64,000 bases of DNA from contig OY760935.1 in assembly GCA_963664295.1 (NCBI GenBank), forward strand, positions 1,151,431 through 1,215,430, read 5' to 3'. How positions within the stretch are numbered: position 1 is the first letter of the stretch; each line of letters begins with the position of its first letter. Positions 47,660-56,800 of the stretch are shown here, in pieces. The notes under the pieces are model-generated. The model was not told the DNA's origin. It ran no database searches and saw nothing but the letters and a program-made list of their open reading frames with translations. This stretch comes from Candidatus Altimarinota bacterium (lineage in GTDB: Bacteria; Patescibacteriota; Gracilibacteria; CAIRYL01; GCA-016699755). A program made the translations under genes and the position numbers.

Positions 47660-48394
47660 ATGATAAAGAAGATGAAAAAAGATGTAATTTTAAAAATAAA
47701 AAACCTCAGCAAAAAATTTGCTAACAATCAAGCAGTAAAAAACCTTAATCTTGAAATATATAAAGGAGAAGTTTTTGGCTTTCTTGGTCCCAATGGAGCA
47801 GGAAAAACCACAACAGTAAAAATAATTCTTAATTTATTACAAGCCACAAAAGGAGAAATTCAAATTTTTAATAAATCACATACAGACCTAAAAATAAAAG
47901 AAAAAATTGGTTTTTTGCCTGAACAAACTTATTTTTATCAACATTTAACAGGAGAAGAATTTTTATTATTTACAGGTGAAATATTTGGTTTAAGTAAAAA
48001 AGAAGCACAAAAAAAAGCAAAAAAATTAATTAAAAAAGTAAATTTACCAAAAGGTGCAGAAAAAAGGTTAATAAAAGATTATTCTAAGGGAATGCAACAA
48101 AGAATTGGCATTGCGCAGGCATTAATGAATGACCCTCAGCTTATTTTTCTTGATGAGCCAATGAGTGGACTTGATCCTGTTGGCAGAAGGGAAGTGAAAG
48201 ACCTTATTCTTGAGCTCAAAAAAGAAGGCAAAACAATATTTTTTAATTCTCATATTCTTGCAGATGCAGAGGTTTTATGTGATCGAGTTGGTATTATTAA
48301 AAAAGGTAAATTAATTTCTTTGGGCACTGTAAAACAATTATTAAAAAATAAAAAAAGCTTGGAAGATTATTTTGTCAAAATCGTCACTGCTTAG
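47660..48394 (+). CDS. ABC transporter ATP-binding protein
   Basis: GPNGAGKTT, YSKGMQQR, FLDEPMSGLDP, NSH. Confidence 0.95.
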   Translation: MIKKMKKDVILKIKNLSKKFANNQAVKNLNLEIYKGEVFGFLGPNGAGKTTTVKIILNLLQATKGEIQIFNKSHTDLKIKEKIGFLPEQTYFYQHLTGEEFLLFTGEIFGLSKKEAQKKAKKLIKKVNLPKGAEKRLIKDYSKGMQQRIGIAQALMNDPQLIFLDEPMSGLDPVGRREVKDLILELKKEGKTIFFNSHILADAEVLCDRVGIIKKGKLISLGTVKQLLKNKKSLEDYFVKIVTA

Positions 48395-49692
48395 TAAGCA
48401 TTTTTTGTGTCATATATTTTGCGTGAATAAAGCTTGTTTTCTGCAATAATGCGTTTGTTTATGCCTTCTTTTTCTTTATGCCCTACCGCTAAATAACGAA
48501 AAGCATCAGCACCATGAGAACTCCAATCATGCAAAGGGTATGATTGAAATTCTTTAGTTTTTTCATTAAAAGCTTTTTTGTAATTATCCAAAGCATCAAG
48601 AAGGCGAGCACATTTTTTTTCATCAAAGGCACAAAAGGGCAAAATTTTTCGCACTGCATTTATGCCATCAATAAGGGGAATATTTTTTATGATTTGAAAA
48701 TTAATTCCCAAATTACGAGCAATTTCTATGCGACTTTTACCACTGCCAAGTTCACGCACTTTAATGTCATGCGGTGCATAATGAAAACCGTATTTGTAGG
48801 GTTTTTTTCTTAATTCGTTAATATAAAACTCCAAACCCTCTCCAGAAGCTTCAAGATAATCAATAATATAAATCTTTTTGCCAATATTTTGGGTAAAAAT
48901 AATTGCTGTAGAGTCACTCATGCCTAAATCCCACCAAGTATCAACAGGTATTTCTTTTTCTGCTTTTATTTTGCCAATAAAAGCTTTTTTTAGCTCCTTA
49001 CTGTAATAAGATCCTTTTGTTGAGCCCTCAAAAGAGCAAAAATAATCTCGTTGAATAAAATCCTGATCAAGACCTTCTTTTTGTTCTTTTTCAAGCATTT
49101 TTTTTGTTATTACGCCTGTGTTTTCGATTGTTAATTTTTCTGCAAACCAATCTGGGTTTTTTTTAGCCATTTTATAAAGTCGATAAGCATGATTTTTGCC
49201 ATTAGGAGTGGTATTAAAAACTGCCCAGCCGTTGTTTTCCAGTAAAATTGGACTAATAATTTCCCAAATTTGTGGATTTTGGTAAGCATATTCAGAAAAA
49301 ATACAGCCAATTGGATTTGTTCCGCGGATTGCATGGGGATTTTCTGTGCCTAAACACTGAAAAATACTCCCATTTTTAAATATTAGCTTCATTTCTTGGT
49401 CATTTTTTTTCTTAATTAATTTTTTCGGAAAATGATTTAATAAAGCAAATCCGTCTTTGTCTATGCCATCCCAAAGTATTTTTCTGGCCTGAGTATAAGT
49501 TGGGAAAAAATAGTAATAAACTCCTTTGCGCTCAAAAATTTTTTTAGCTATTAAATTGATTAAAGTTTTGTCTTTTCCAGCTCTGCGGTGCCAAATACAA
49601 ATTGCTCTTTTTGTGCCACTATCCATTGCTTTTAAGAGTGGCAATTGATAATCACGCGGTTTGTACTTATAAGGTATTCTTAATTTATGCAT
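48391..49692 (-). CDS. Phage terminase large subunit
   Basis: PRDYQ, WHRRAGKD (Walker A), IFSEYA (Walker B), NTTPNGKNH, nuclease motifs WDLGMSDSTA, APHD, HDWSSHGADAFRY. Confidence 0.9.
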   Translation of the reverse strand: MHKLRIPYKYKPRDYQLPLLKAMDSGTKRAICIWHRRAGKDKTLINLIAKKIFERKGVYYYFFPTYTQARKILWDGIDKDGFALLNHFPKKLIKKKNDQEMKLIFKNGSIFQCLGTENPHAIRGTNPIGCIFSEYAYQNPQIWEIISPILLENNGWAVFNTTPNGKNHAYRLYKMAKKNPDWFAEKLTIENTGVITKKMLEKEQKEGLDQDFIQRDYFCSFEGSTKGSYYSKELKKAFIGKIKAEKEIPVDTWWDLGMSDSTAIIFTQNIGKKIYIIDYLEASGEGLEFYINELRKKPYKYGFHYAPHDIKVRELGSGKSRIEIARNLGINFQIIKNIPLIDGINAVRKILPFCAFDEKKCARLLDALDNYKKAFNEKTKEFQSYPLHDWSSHGADAFRYLAVGHKEKEGINKRIIAENKLYSRKIYDTKNAY

Positions 49693-49924
49693 TGTTTTTT
49701 TCTAAATCAGCAAAATTAATAATTTCAACAATTATTCCTTCTTGTTCAAAGTTTTTTTTAAAATCCAATACTCTTTTTGCAGATTCTTTAATTAAACTTG
49801 TTAAAGAATTTATAGAAACGCCCTCATTTTTTATTATTTTGAGGGCTTTTTTTTGTGCTAATTGGACTATTTCAACATCTTTTTCAAATATTTCTAAATT
49901 TAAGTCTTTTTGTTTTTTTGGCAT
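49685..49924 (-). CDS. 79 aa protein in the small-terminase position, function uncertain
   Basis: Overlaps the terminase start. Helical, with a C-terminal beta-strand-like IIVEIINF. Confidence 0.6.
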   Translation of the reverse strand: MPKKQKDLNLEIFEKDVEIVQLAQKKALKIIKNEGVSINSLTSLIKESAKRVLDFKKNFEQEGIIVEIINFADLEKNNA

Positions 49925-49962
49925 TTTGTTTTTTTAAAAAGGTGCACTAGGGGATAAAAAAA

Positions 49963-50202
49963 TTAAATAAAATGATAAAGTTGTGATTTTATTGCTTTTT
50001 GTTGCATACAAAAGCTTTTTGGCTCGATTTGTAGTGCGTTTGCCCAAAATTTTTCTACAAAATCATCAAGGTCTTCATCTTTTTCAAAAATAAACTCAAC
50101 TCTTTTTGGATCTTTGGTGCGATCCATTTCTTTGATTTGATAGCCAAGAGTTGTTAATGTTGTAGCAAGGCTAAAATCGCTTGTTCTGAATGTTGTTTTC
50201 AT
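49963..50202 (-). CDS. DUF5659-like phage-associated protein
   Basis: FRTSDFSLATTL..LGY.I..MDR..PKRVEFIF..VEKFW..IEPKSF..KAIKSQLY pattern. ATG at 50202 preferred. Confidence 0.65.
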   Translation of the reverse strand: MKTTFRTSDFSLATTLTTLGYQIKEMDRTKDPKRVEFIFEKDEDLDDFVEKFWANALQIEPKSFCMQQKAIKSQLYHFI

Positions 50203-50251
50203 AAGTTTTTTAAAAAAAGTTTGTAAAAATTTGTTTTTCATGTTTCTCTAT

Positions 50252-50280
50252 ATTCTAACTATTAAAAACTATAATGTCAA
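50252..50280 (-). promoter_or_regulatory. Near-consensus promoter driving the DUF5659-small ORF-terminase unit
   Basis: Minus strand TTGACA-17 nt-TAGAAT. Confidence 0.7.
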
Positions 50281-50376
50281 TATAATTTTGTTTAATTTTA
50301 AATTAAAAAGTATTTAATCAGAAATTATAAACTTTGAACCTCAAAATTTTTATATATAATAATAAACAGAAAAAGT

Positions 50377-51042
50377 ATGAAATATGGCGAAAAAATAGCG
50401 GCAAAAATTGAGGAACTAGTCAAAGAAAAAGGCGTTAAAAGAACAAAATTGGGCGAAATTCTTGGTGCGCCAAAAAATGTCACAGCACAAAGAAAATATA
50501 GTAAGTTTAATAACTTTCTTAATAGTGTTCGTAAGTCAAAAATTGATTTTCAGGATTTAAAAAAAATAGCTGATTTTTTGGATAAGGAATTAGAGTGGTT
50601 TTTAGCACAAGAAAGCGCAGGAGCTTTTTCTATTAACAAAAATAAAACACGCTTAGTGCCTTTTCTTGGTCCTGTAAAGAGCATTAAAAATAATTCTTGG
50701 TCAGAAAAAGATGTGCTTGATTGGCTTGTTTATCCTGTTGATGCAGAAGGTTCAGATAAAATATTTGCATTAGAAGTTCAGTCAGACTGCATGACACCCA
50801 ATATTTGCAAAAAAGACATTATTTTTGTAGACCCGCAATTTGAAGGAACTTGTAATAATAAAATCATAGTTGCTTTTGTTAAAAATTATTCAGAACCAAT
50901 CTTAAGAAGAATGTTGGTGCGTCAAGACGGTACAATTGAATTAAAGTGTGACAACATTACCTGCTCTTCAATTATCATCAATCCTCAGGAAAATGATATG
51001 CAGATTGCCGGTTTAGTAAGGCAAAAATTGGCAAAAATTTAA
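50377..51042 (+). CDS. CI/LexA-like repressor (HTH + S24 domain) with substituted catalytic residues
   Basis: N-terminal HTH ending LKKIADFLDKELEWFL; VPFLGPV; FALEVQSDCMTP..KDIIFVDP; ILRRML; LKCDN; IAGLV. Confidence 0.8.
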   Translation: MKYGEKIAAKIEELVKEKGVKRTKLGEILGAPKNVTAQRKYSKFNNFLNSVRKSKIDFQDLKKIADFLDKELEWFLAQESAGAFSINKNKTRLVPFLGPVKSIKNNSWSEKDVLDWLVYPVDAEGSDKIFALEVQSDCMTPNICKKDIIFVDPQFEGTCNNKIIVAFVKNYSEPILRRMLVRQDGTIELKCDNITCSSIIINPQENDMQIAGLVRQKLAKI

Positions 51043-51073
51043 ACATCTTGACAAAAAACAATTTTTGCAGTTC

Positions 51074-51463
51074 ATGGAAATTTCATTTTTCCCTTATTTT
51101 AGCGTTGATTTAGAGTTTTATTGTTCATATTATGGGGTGAGCGCCCCTTTTGTTAAGATTATGTTATTAAGATCCCCTTATAAACAAAAAAGAATGTTTT
51201 GTGTCTCCACATCAGCAATGGTCCCCAGATTAAACCCCGGAGATGTTGTCCTTGTTGATAAAGAAATAGATAAAAAGCATTTAAACGGCAAAATTATTGT
51301 TTTTAAATTTAAATCGAAAATTAATATTCGTAGAATATTTATTAAGGGCAATAAAATTATTTTAAAACCAGAAAATCCTTCTTATCAAAGTGGTATTATA
51401 GACTTTAACAAAAAGGATTTTCTTATCTTGGGAACTGTGGAAGGGGTTTTTATGTCCTTATAA
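51074..51463 (+). CDS. Stand-alone S24/S26-fold domain protein with substituted catalytic residues (start uncertain, alternative 51161)
   Basis: VSTSAMVPRLNPGDVVLVD, NGKIIV, IRRI, ILKPENPSY, ILGTV. Confidence 0.7.
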   Translation: MEISFFPYFSVDLEFYCSYYGVSAPFVKIMLLRSPYKQKRMFCVSTSAMVPRLNPGDVVLVDKEIDKKHLNGKIIVFKFKSKINIRRIFIKGNKIILKPENPSYQSGIIDFNKKDFLILGTVEGVFMSL

Positions 51464-52153
51464 AGCTTTTTTTCTTTTAAAAACATAAGCAATTGCAATT
51501 GAGAAAATTGCTAATAATCCAGTTTGTGCTGGACCTGTTTCCGTTGTTGTCATTTCCTGATTTTGAGGCATTATTGTGTTTTTTATTACTGTTATTGGCT
51601 CACTATAAGTATTGCTTGTTTTTATATCAGCATTGCCTGTGTGAGTATTAACTCTAAAAGGATTTGTGTTTGTTGCAATTTCTACGGTATTTTCTGCTGT
51701 TGCTTTTAAGTTAGCGGTATCTTCTTCTGTTTTTATAGGCTCTAGAGGTTCAGGCTTATTAAGAATATTTGTTTCATCATTGCTTGGTGCTGTGCTTACC
51801 TGATTAACATTGTCCACAGTTGTTGCTTCTGCTACAAAATCATCTCCTTCGTTTGCCACAGTATGAGTATTATCTTCTGTGTTAGTTGTTTCATCAGCTT
51901 TGATAAATTTGTCAGCTGATAAAGTTCCCTCCAGAGGAGGTGCTTCTTCTGTAATAGAAGCTTTTAGTTCGTCCCCACTTTTATTTGTTAGAAGGGGAGT
52001 GACGCCAACTCCAATTAAAGTAATGCCAATAATTGCTAAGAAAATGGCTAAAGCTTTTTTCTTAGGAGCTTGTTCTTTCTGCAAAATTTGCTTTATTTGC
52101 TCATTTGCTTTTTCTGTTTGACCTTCTAAAACTGTTCTCCAAGATTTTTTCAT
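51458..52153 (-). CDS. Membrane-anchored Thr/Asn/Glu-rich protein with C-terminal xxTG sorting-like signal
   Basis: N-terminal TM, disordered linker, TTETGP + hydrophobic helix + KRKK. Confidence 0.8.
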   Translation of the reverse strand: MKKSWRTVLEGQTEKANEQIKQILQKEQAPKKKALAIFLAIIGITLIGVGVTPLLTNKSGDELKASITEEAPPLEGTLSADKFIKADETTNTEDNTHTVANEGDDFVAEATTVDNVNQVSTAPSNDETNILNKPEPLEPIKTEEDTANLKATAENTVEIATNTNPFRVNTHTGNADIKTSNTYSEPITVIKNTIMPQNQEMTTTETGPAQTGLLAIFSIAIAYVFKRKKAL

Positions 52154-53301
52154 TTTGTTAATTTAAAAGATTGTCTAATTAAAAGTGCTCCACTTGTTAA
52201 AAGTAGGGCAATTAAGATTGCTTCTTTTGCACCAGTATCACTGGTTTTTCCTGTGTTTGGATTAACCAACTCATCTCCTGTTGTTGTATATTCTGTGTAA
52301 ATTGGATGACTTTCTGAGCCTGTTTGTCCAATTATTGCAAAAACTTCATCTGAATAATCAGTTTCATTTCTTCTATCGTCATAGGCTGTTATTGCAAAGT
52401 AATATTTTTTATTATTTTCAAGGTTGTTAATGCTTGTGTTGTTAGTTTTGCCAACATCTTTTCTGAAAAGATAAACTCCACTTTGAGTTGAATAATAAAC
52501 AAAATATCCACTTGCTTTTTCGTTGAAATCCCAAACTAGATCTGCTTTTTTGTTGCCTGATTTTAGGCGCAGATTTGTTGGTCTTTCAAGAATTGTACTA
52601 AATGGATCTTCTAAGTTTGTGTTGTCATTGACAACTACATCACCATTATTATCGTTATTATTTCCAGTATTATTATTTTGGTTATTTCCTTGGTTATTAT
52701 TTGTGTTTTCTCCATTTAAAGATAATTTTAATGTTTTTGGTGCTTCTGTGAGGAGATTTTCTGTTAATGAGCCAGAAATGGCAAAAACACCAGTATTTCC
52801 TAGTTCAGATTGTTGATAATTATGAAATTCTAAATTTGTTTCTGTTTTTTGATCAGTAATTACTTCAAAAATAACACTAACTACTGGTATTTCTTGGTCT
52901 TTTGCTGTTCCTCCTATTTTAGCTCTACCTATTTGCACAAGACCTTCTTTTTTATTGATTTTATTGCCATCTGGAGCAGCTAAATCAAAAGTTGAGCTTT
53001 CGTCATTAATTTCAAGCGCATTTAGTTTTGCAGGATCGTATTTTATCCAAGAGGCCACAGAGTTAATTTCTTGATTATTTGTATTTGAAATAACAACATC
53101 AACAACAACTCTTTCGCCTTTAGATAGAACATTTTCTCTTACAAGAGTGTTTCCTTCTTCTTTGAAATACTCACAACCTTCTCTGGTTTTGCAATTTTCT
53201 GCAAAACTTAGGCTTAATTTGTTTTCTGCTTGTGCAGAAACAGAAATTCCAAGTAAGAATATACCTAAAAATAATGTTTTAATTAGTTTATTCATTTTCA
53301 T
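52150..53301 (-). CDS. Secreted cohesin-like + fibronectin type III protein with C-terminal xxTG sorting-like signal
   Basis: Signal peptide; VVVDVVI..INSVASWIKYDPAKL..GLVQIG..VVSVIFEV; RPTNL..LVWD..GYFVYY..NLENNKKYYFAITAYD; TSDTGA + TM + basic tail. Confidence 0.8.
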   Translation of the reverse strand: MKMNKLIKTLFLGIFLLGISVSAQAENKLSLSFAENCKTREGCEYFKEEGNTLVRENVLSKGERVVVDVVISNTNNQEINSVASWIKYDPAKLNALEINDESSTFDLAAPDGNKINKKEGLVQIGRAKIGGTAKDQEIPVVSVIFEVITDQKTETNLEFHNYQQSELGNTGVFAISGSLTENLLTEAPKTLKLSLNGENTNNNQGNNQNNNTGNNNDNNGDVVVNDNTNLEDPFSTILERPTNLRLKSGNKKADLVWDFNEKASGYFVYYSTQSGVYLFRKDVGKTNNTSINNLENNKKYYFAITAYDDRRNETDYSDEVFAIIGQTGSESHPIYTEYTTTGDELVNPNTGKTSDTGAKEAILIALLLTSGALLIRQSFKLTK

Positions 53302-53878
53302 TTTGTAAAATCAAAGCAGGTGATGCGGGTTTTTTTAATAAGTTTTTTACATGTCCATTAAAAATTCCCAAAACCTCAGTATGACCACCTTTTTGTGCGT
53401 TATAAAAATCAATCATGATAATGTCTTGTTTCAATTTGTTGAATTTTATAGAAGCAATTTTTATCTCTTTTGTGTTTAATATTTCTTCTTTAAAAGAAAA
53501 TCCCAACTTCATTACACCATTTTGATTGTCAAAATTATTTTCATTTGGTGCAATTAGTATTTTTTCTTCTAGCTCTTCGTTGATATTAATTTCCGCACCT
53601 TCAATTGTTTCTGGATTAAAAGCTAAAAAACTTCTTAATGAATTAATTTTTGCGTTTTTTGGATTTTTAAGAATAATTTCAAGTTCTAGTTCTTGGTCAC
53701 TATTTTTTGTTTCTTTTAAGCTTAGTTCAACAATTTTTTCGCTTTCTTTTGCGTTTTTTACTGCTTCTAATAATTCTGGTGGTACATTGTTTTTTTCTTC
53801 TATTTCACTTTTAACAGGTATTTGCGTGCAAGCTGTTAAAGAAAACATTATGCCGAAAATTAAATATATTTTTTTCAT
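53288..53878 (-). CDS. Lipoprotein with cohesin-like domain
   Basis: Lipobox SLTAC; LEIILKNP..INSLRSFLAFNPETI..GVMKLG..IASIKF. Confidence 0.75.
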   Translation of the reverse strand: MKKIYLIFGIMFSLTACTQIPVKSEIEEKNNVPPELLEAVKNAKESEKIVELSLKETKNSDQELELEIILKNPKNAKINSLRSFLAFNPETIEGAEININEELEEKILIAPNENNFDNQNGVMKLGFSFKEEILNTKEIKIASIKFNKLKQDIIMIDFYNAQKGGHTEVLGIFNGHVKNLLKKPASPALILQNENE

Positions 53879-56800
53879 TTATTGATTAGTAAAAACAGGA
53901 ACTATGCCATTGTCTTCAATTTCATATGGTGTAAATTCGCTTGTGTTTCTTGTTTCTGTATTTTGATTAGCTTGGCTAAAGTTTTGCGCAAAGATTGTAA
54001 AATCTGTGAAGTCAATTTTGCCATCACCATTTAAATCCATTGTTTCTTCGGTTGCATTTTCTACATTTTTTCCGTACACAGTGGAGAACAATGTGAAGTC
54101 TAAAAAGTCAATTGTGCCATCTTCATTAAAGTCAGCACGAACTAATAAACTATCTGCGCCTTCTCCTAAATATTTATAGCCTTGGAAAACCTGACTTCTT
54201 GTTTTTACTTCTTGTCCAATAGCATTTTTTAAGTTTTCTTGGGTTATGTAATAATCTGTGTTTGGGACTTGATTATCTGTTGATATCCTTATGTTTGTGT
54301 TGTCTGCGCCAAAGCGAGCAGATCTTATATTCAATACTTTTCCTCCACTTTTTTCAAAGATTGAAAAATTGCTTCCATCTTCGTTTAGGCTTGAGTATTT
54401 TATTGCCTGATTAAAAGTTAATTTAACTTCATTTGTGCTCATTGATTCAGCCTTAATTAATCTTGGAGTTGTTTTGTAATCTTCCTCTGTAAATGAGTCA
54501 AAATTGACTTGATTACTTATTTTTTGTGTTTGTGCGAGACCAAGTTCATCGCTATCTGCAATCAGAGTGTAAACTGTGTCTTGTGCCATGAAATTAGTTG
54601 TTAGCTTTACAATTCTTCCATCAGCACTGTAGTCAATATCTCTAATTGGTAATACGGTTTTTTTGTTTTCGTATTCAACAACTTGAAAAGCGCTACTTTT
54701 TATTCTTTTAGTATCAATTGCTTGAGAAAAAAGTGCTTCCACTGTTCTATTGTTGGTAGCAATTGCTGATTTTAAGTAAGGCATATCTATTTCATCTTCT
54801 GGCAATATACCATCAGAAACAATAAGCTTAATTTCTCCTTCAGCAGAATTTCCATTTGTATCAGTAGCAATAATTTCTATTAAATAAGGCTCTGTTGATG
54901 GATTTGCTCTTTCTTCAATAACAACATCTGAAAGAATAAACCATTGACCTTTTGAACCTTCTTTTACAGAAGGAGTAAGAGGAACTATTTTAGTACCAAT
55001 GTTTGTAGTTTCTTCGTCGTTATCATCATCTGTATTGTCAGCAGTATTATTACTTGTTGGGGTTGCTGATGATGGAATTACACCAGCTTCATTGCTGTTT
55101 TCAGCAGTAGGGTTTGAGCTTGTAGAAACACTGCTTTCATCAATAGGATCACCTTGATAGCTTGCAATATTGCCCAAGTTTGCAATTACAGTGTCTATTG
55201 ATGCATCACCTTCTTCTACAAAAACATAAAAACTCATTTTTGTTTTTCCGTCATTTATTCCTGTTCTTGGGCTTGTGTAGTTGCGGTCATTATCTATAAG
55301 TGGTGGGTCACCTTCTACAGATTGATCAGAAACATAGAATGAAAAATCATCATAAGTATAGAAATTTCCTGATTTATCAGTGACAGTAAAACTAAGCTTT
55401 CTGTGACCTGGGTTTATTGATCTATCCACGGAAATTTTATCTGACTTAAACCAAGCACCATTGCCCTCAGTTGTTGTTTTTGTCATTTCCATAGGTCCAA
55501 GACCAATCTCCATTAAATTTACTGTCATATTTTTAAGATCATCAGCACCATTTGGGTCAGTTGCTTTTGCGTATAAAGTGACAGTTGAAGTGCCATCATT
55601 TGCAACACTAGCCCTAGGAACAGCATAAACATCATCTTTGTGAATATTTGGTATGTCGCTAGAATTTTGTTGTACATTTAAAGTTATTGAGCCTTTTGTT
55701 TTTTCGCCTTCTTCATCAACAACAGTGATAGGTATTTCATATGTTCCTAATGAGAGACCATCAGGTAATTCAAAATCAGTAGCCTCAAACCAAATTGTAT
55801 CTCCGGACAAACTTGAATCAGCATAAGCTGTTGGCATAATCATGTCCCAAATAAAAGAACTAGTACTATTACAAGTGCGAGAATCATCATTTGGTTTAGA
55901 TGAAGTTCCCTGGCAATTAACACCGCTTTTAAGGACATAACTTCTTGTTTGTACGCCATCAACACATGAACTCCAGGTTCCAGGCTCCCAGTCGCTAGTT
56001 ACACAGGTTCTTAAGTCGCAAGCTTGTTCGCTTGGAGGTGAAATATCTGCGTCTTCTTCACACTCTACTCCTGATTTAAGTGTCACTGACCTTGTTTTTA
56101 TGCCATTTGATCCGCAATCAGACCATTCACCAACCACATAATCACTAACAGTACATGTTCTCATGGAATCCAAAGATGTATACATATCATCAATAGGTCT
56201 GACAATTTTTGTGCCTAAACCTATTACGCCAAGGTCGAGAATGACCTTATTAACATTATCTGCGCCATCAGCATCAGAAACTTCAATGTAAAAAGATACT
56301 GTTTTGTCTTCTGTTGGTGATATTGTTGCTGGATATGCATAAGCATTTTCAATAACTGGTGCTATGCCAGAGGTTGTGTCTCTGGTTATCATAAGCTCAA
56401 CAGTGCCATAGGCGGTTATACCACTTTTGTTTTCAGCAGTAATATCTATTGTCACCGGCTCTTCGCTTGTTGATGCCTCAGGAGGTATTGTGACATCTAA
56501 ATAAAACCATCTTTTATTATCAGTAATCATTGATAATGCACTAGGTGTGTCATTGTCCACATTTTCATCATCTTCAGTGCCACCAGTAAAAGTAGCCACT
56601 GTGCTACCATTGATAAATCTTAAGTCAGCTGTGACTTTTTCAATATCATCAACTCCCAAAGGATCTTCTATGCGAACCCAAAGCCTAGTTGTTCCATAAA
56701 GATTAGAAACCCTATAAGGACTTGCATAAGATTCATCAGATAAAATAGTTAGTTCTTTTTCTGCTTCATTAACAATAATTGCATTTTCTAATTCTGTTTT

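Noticed and set aside
48391-51463. Complete prophage
   Set aside because: No portal, capsid, tail, lysis, replication or integrase genes; host-type genes flank both sides directly.
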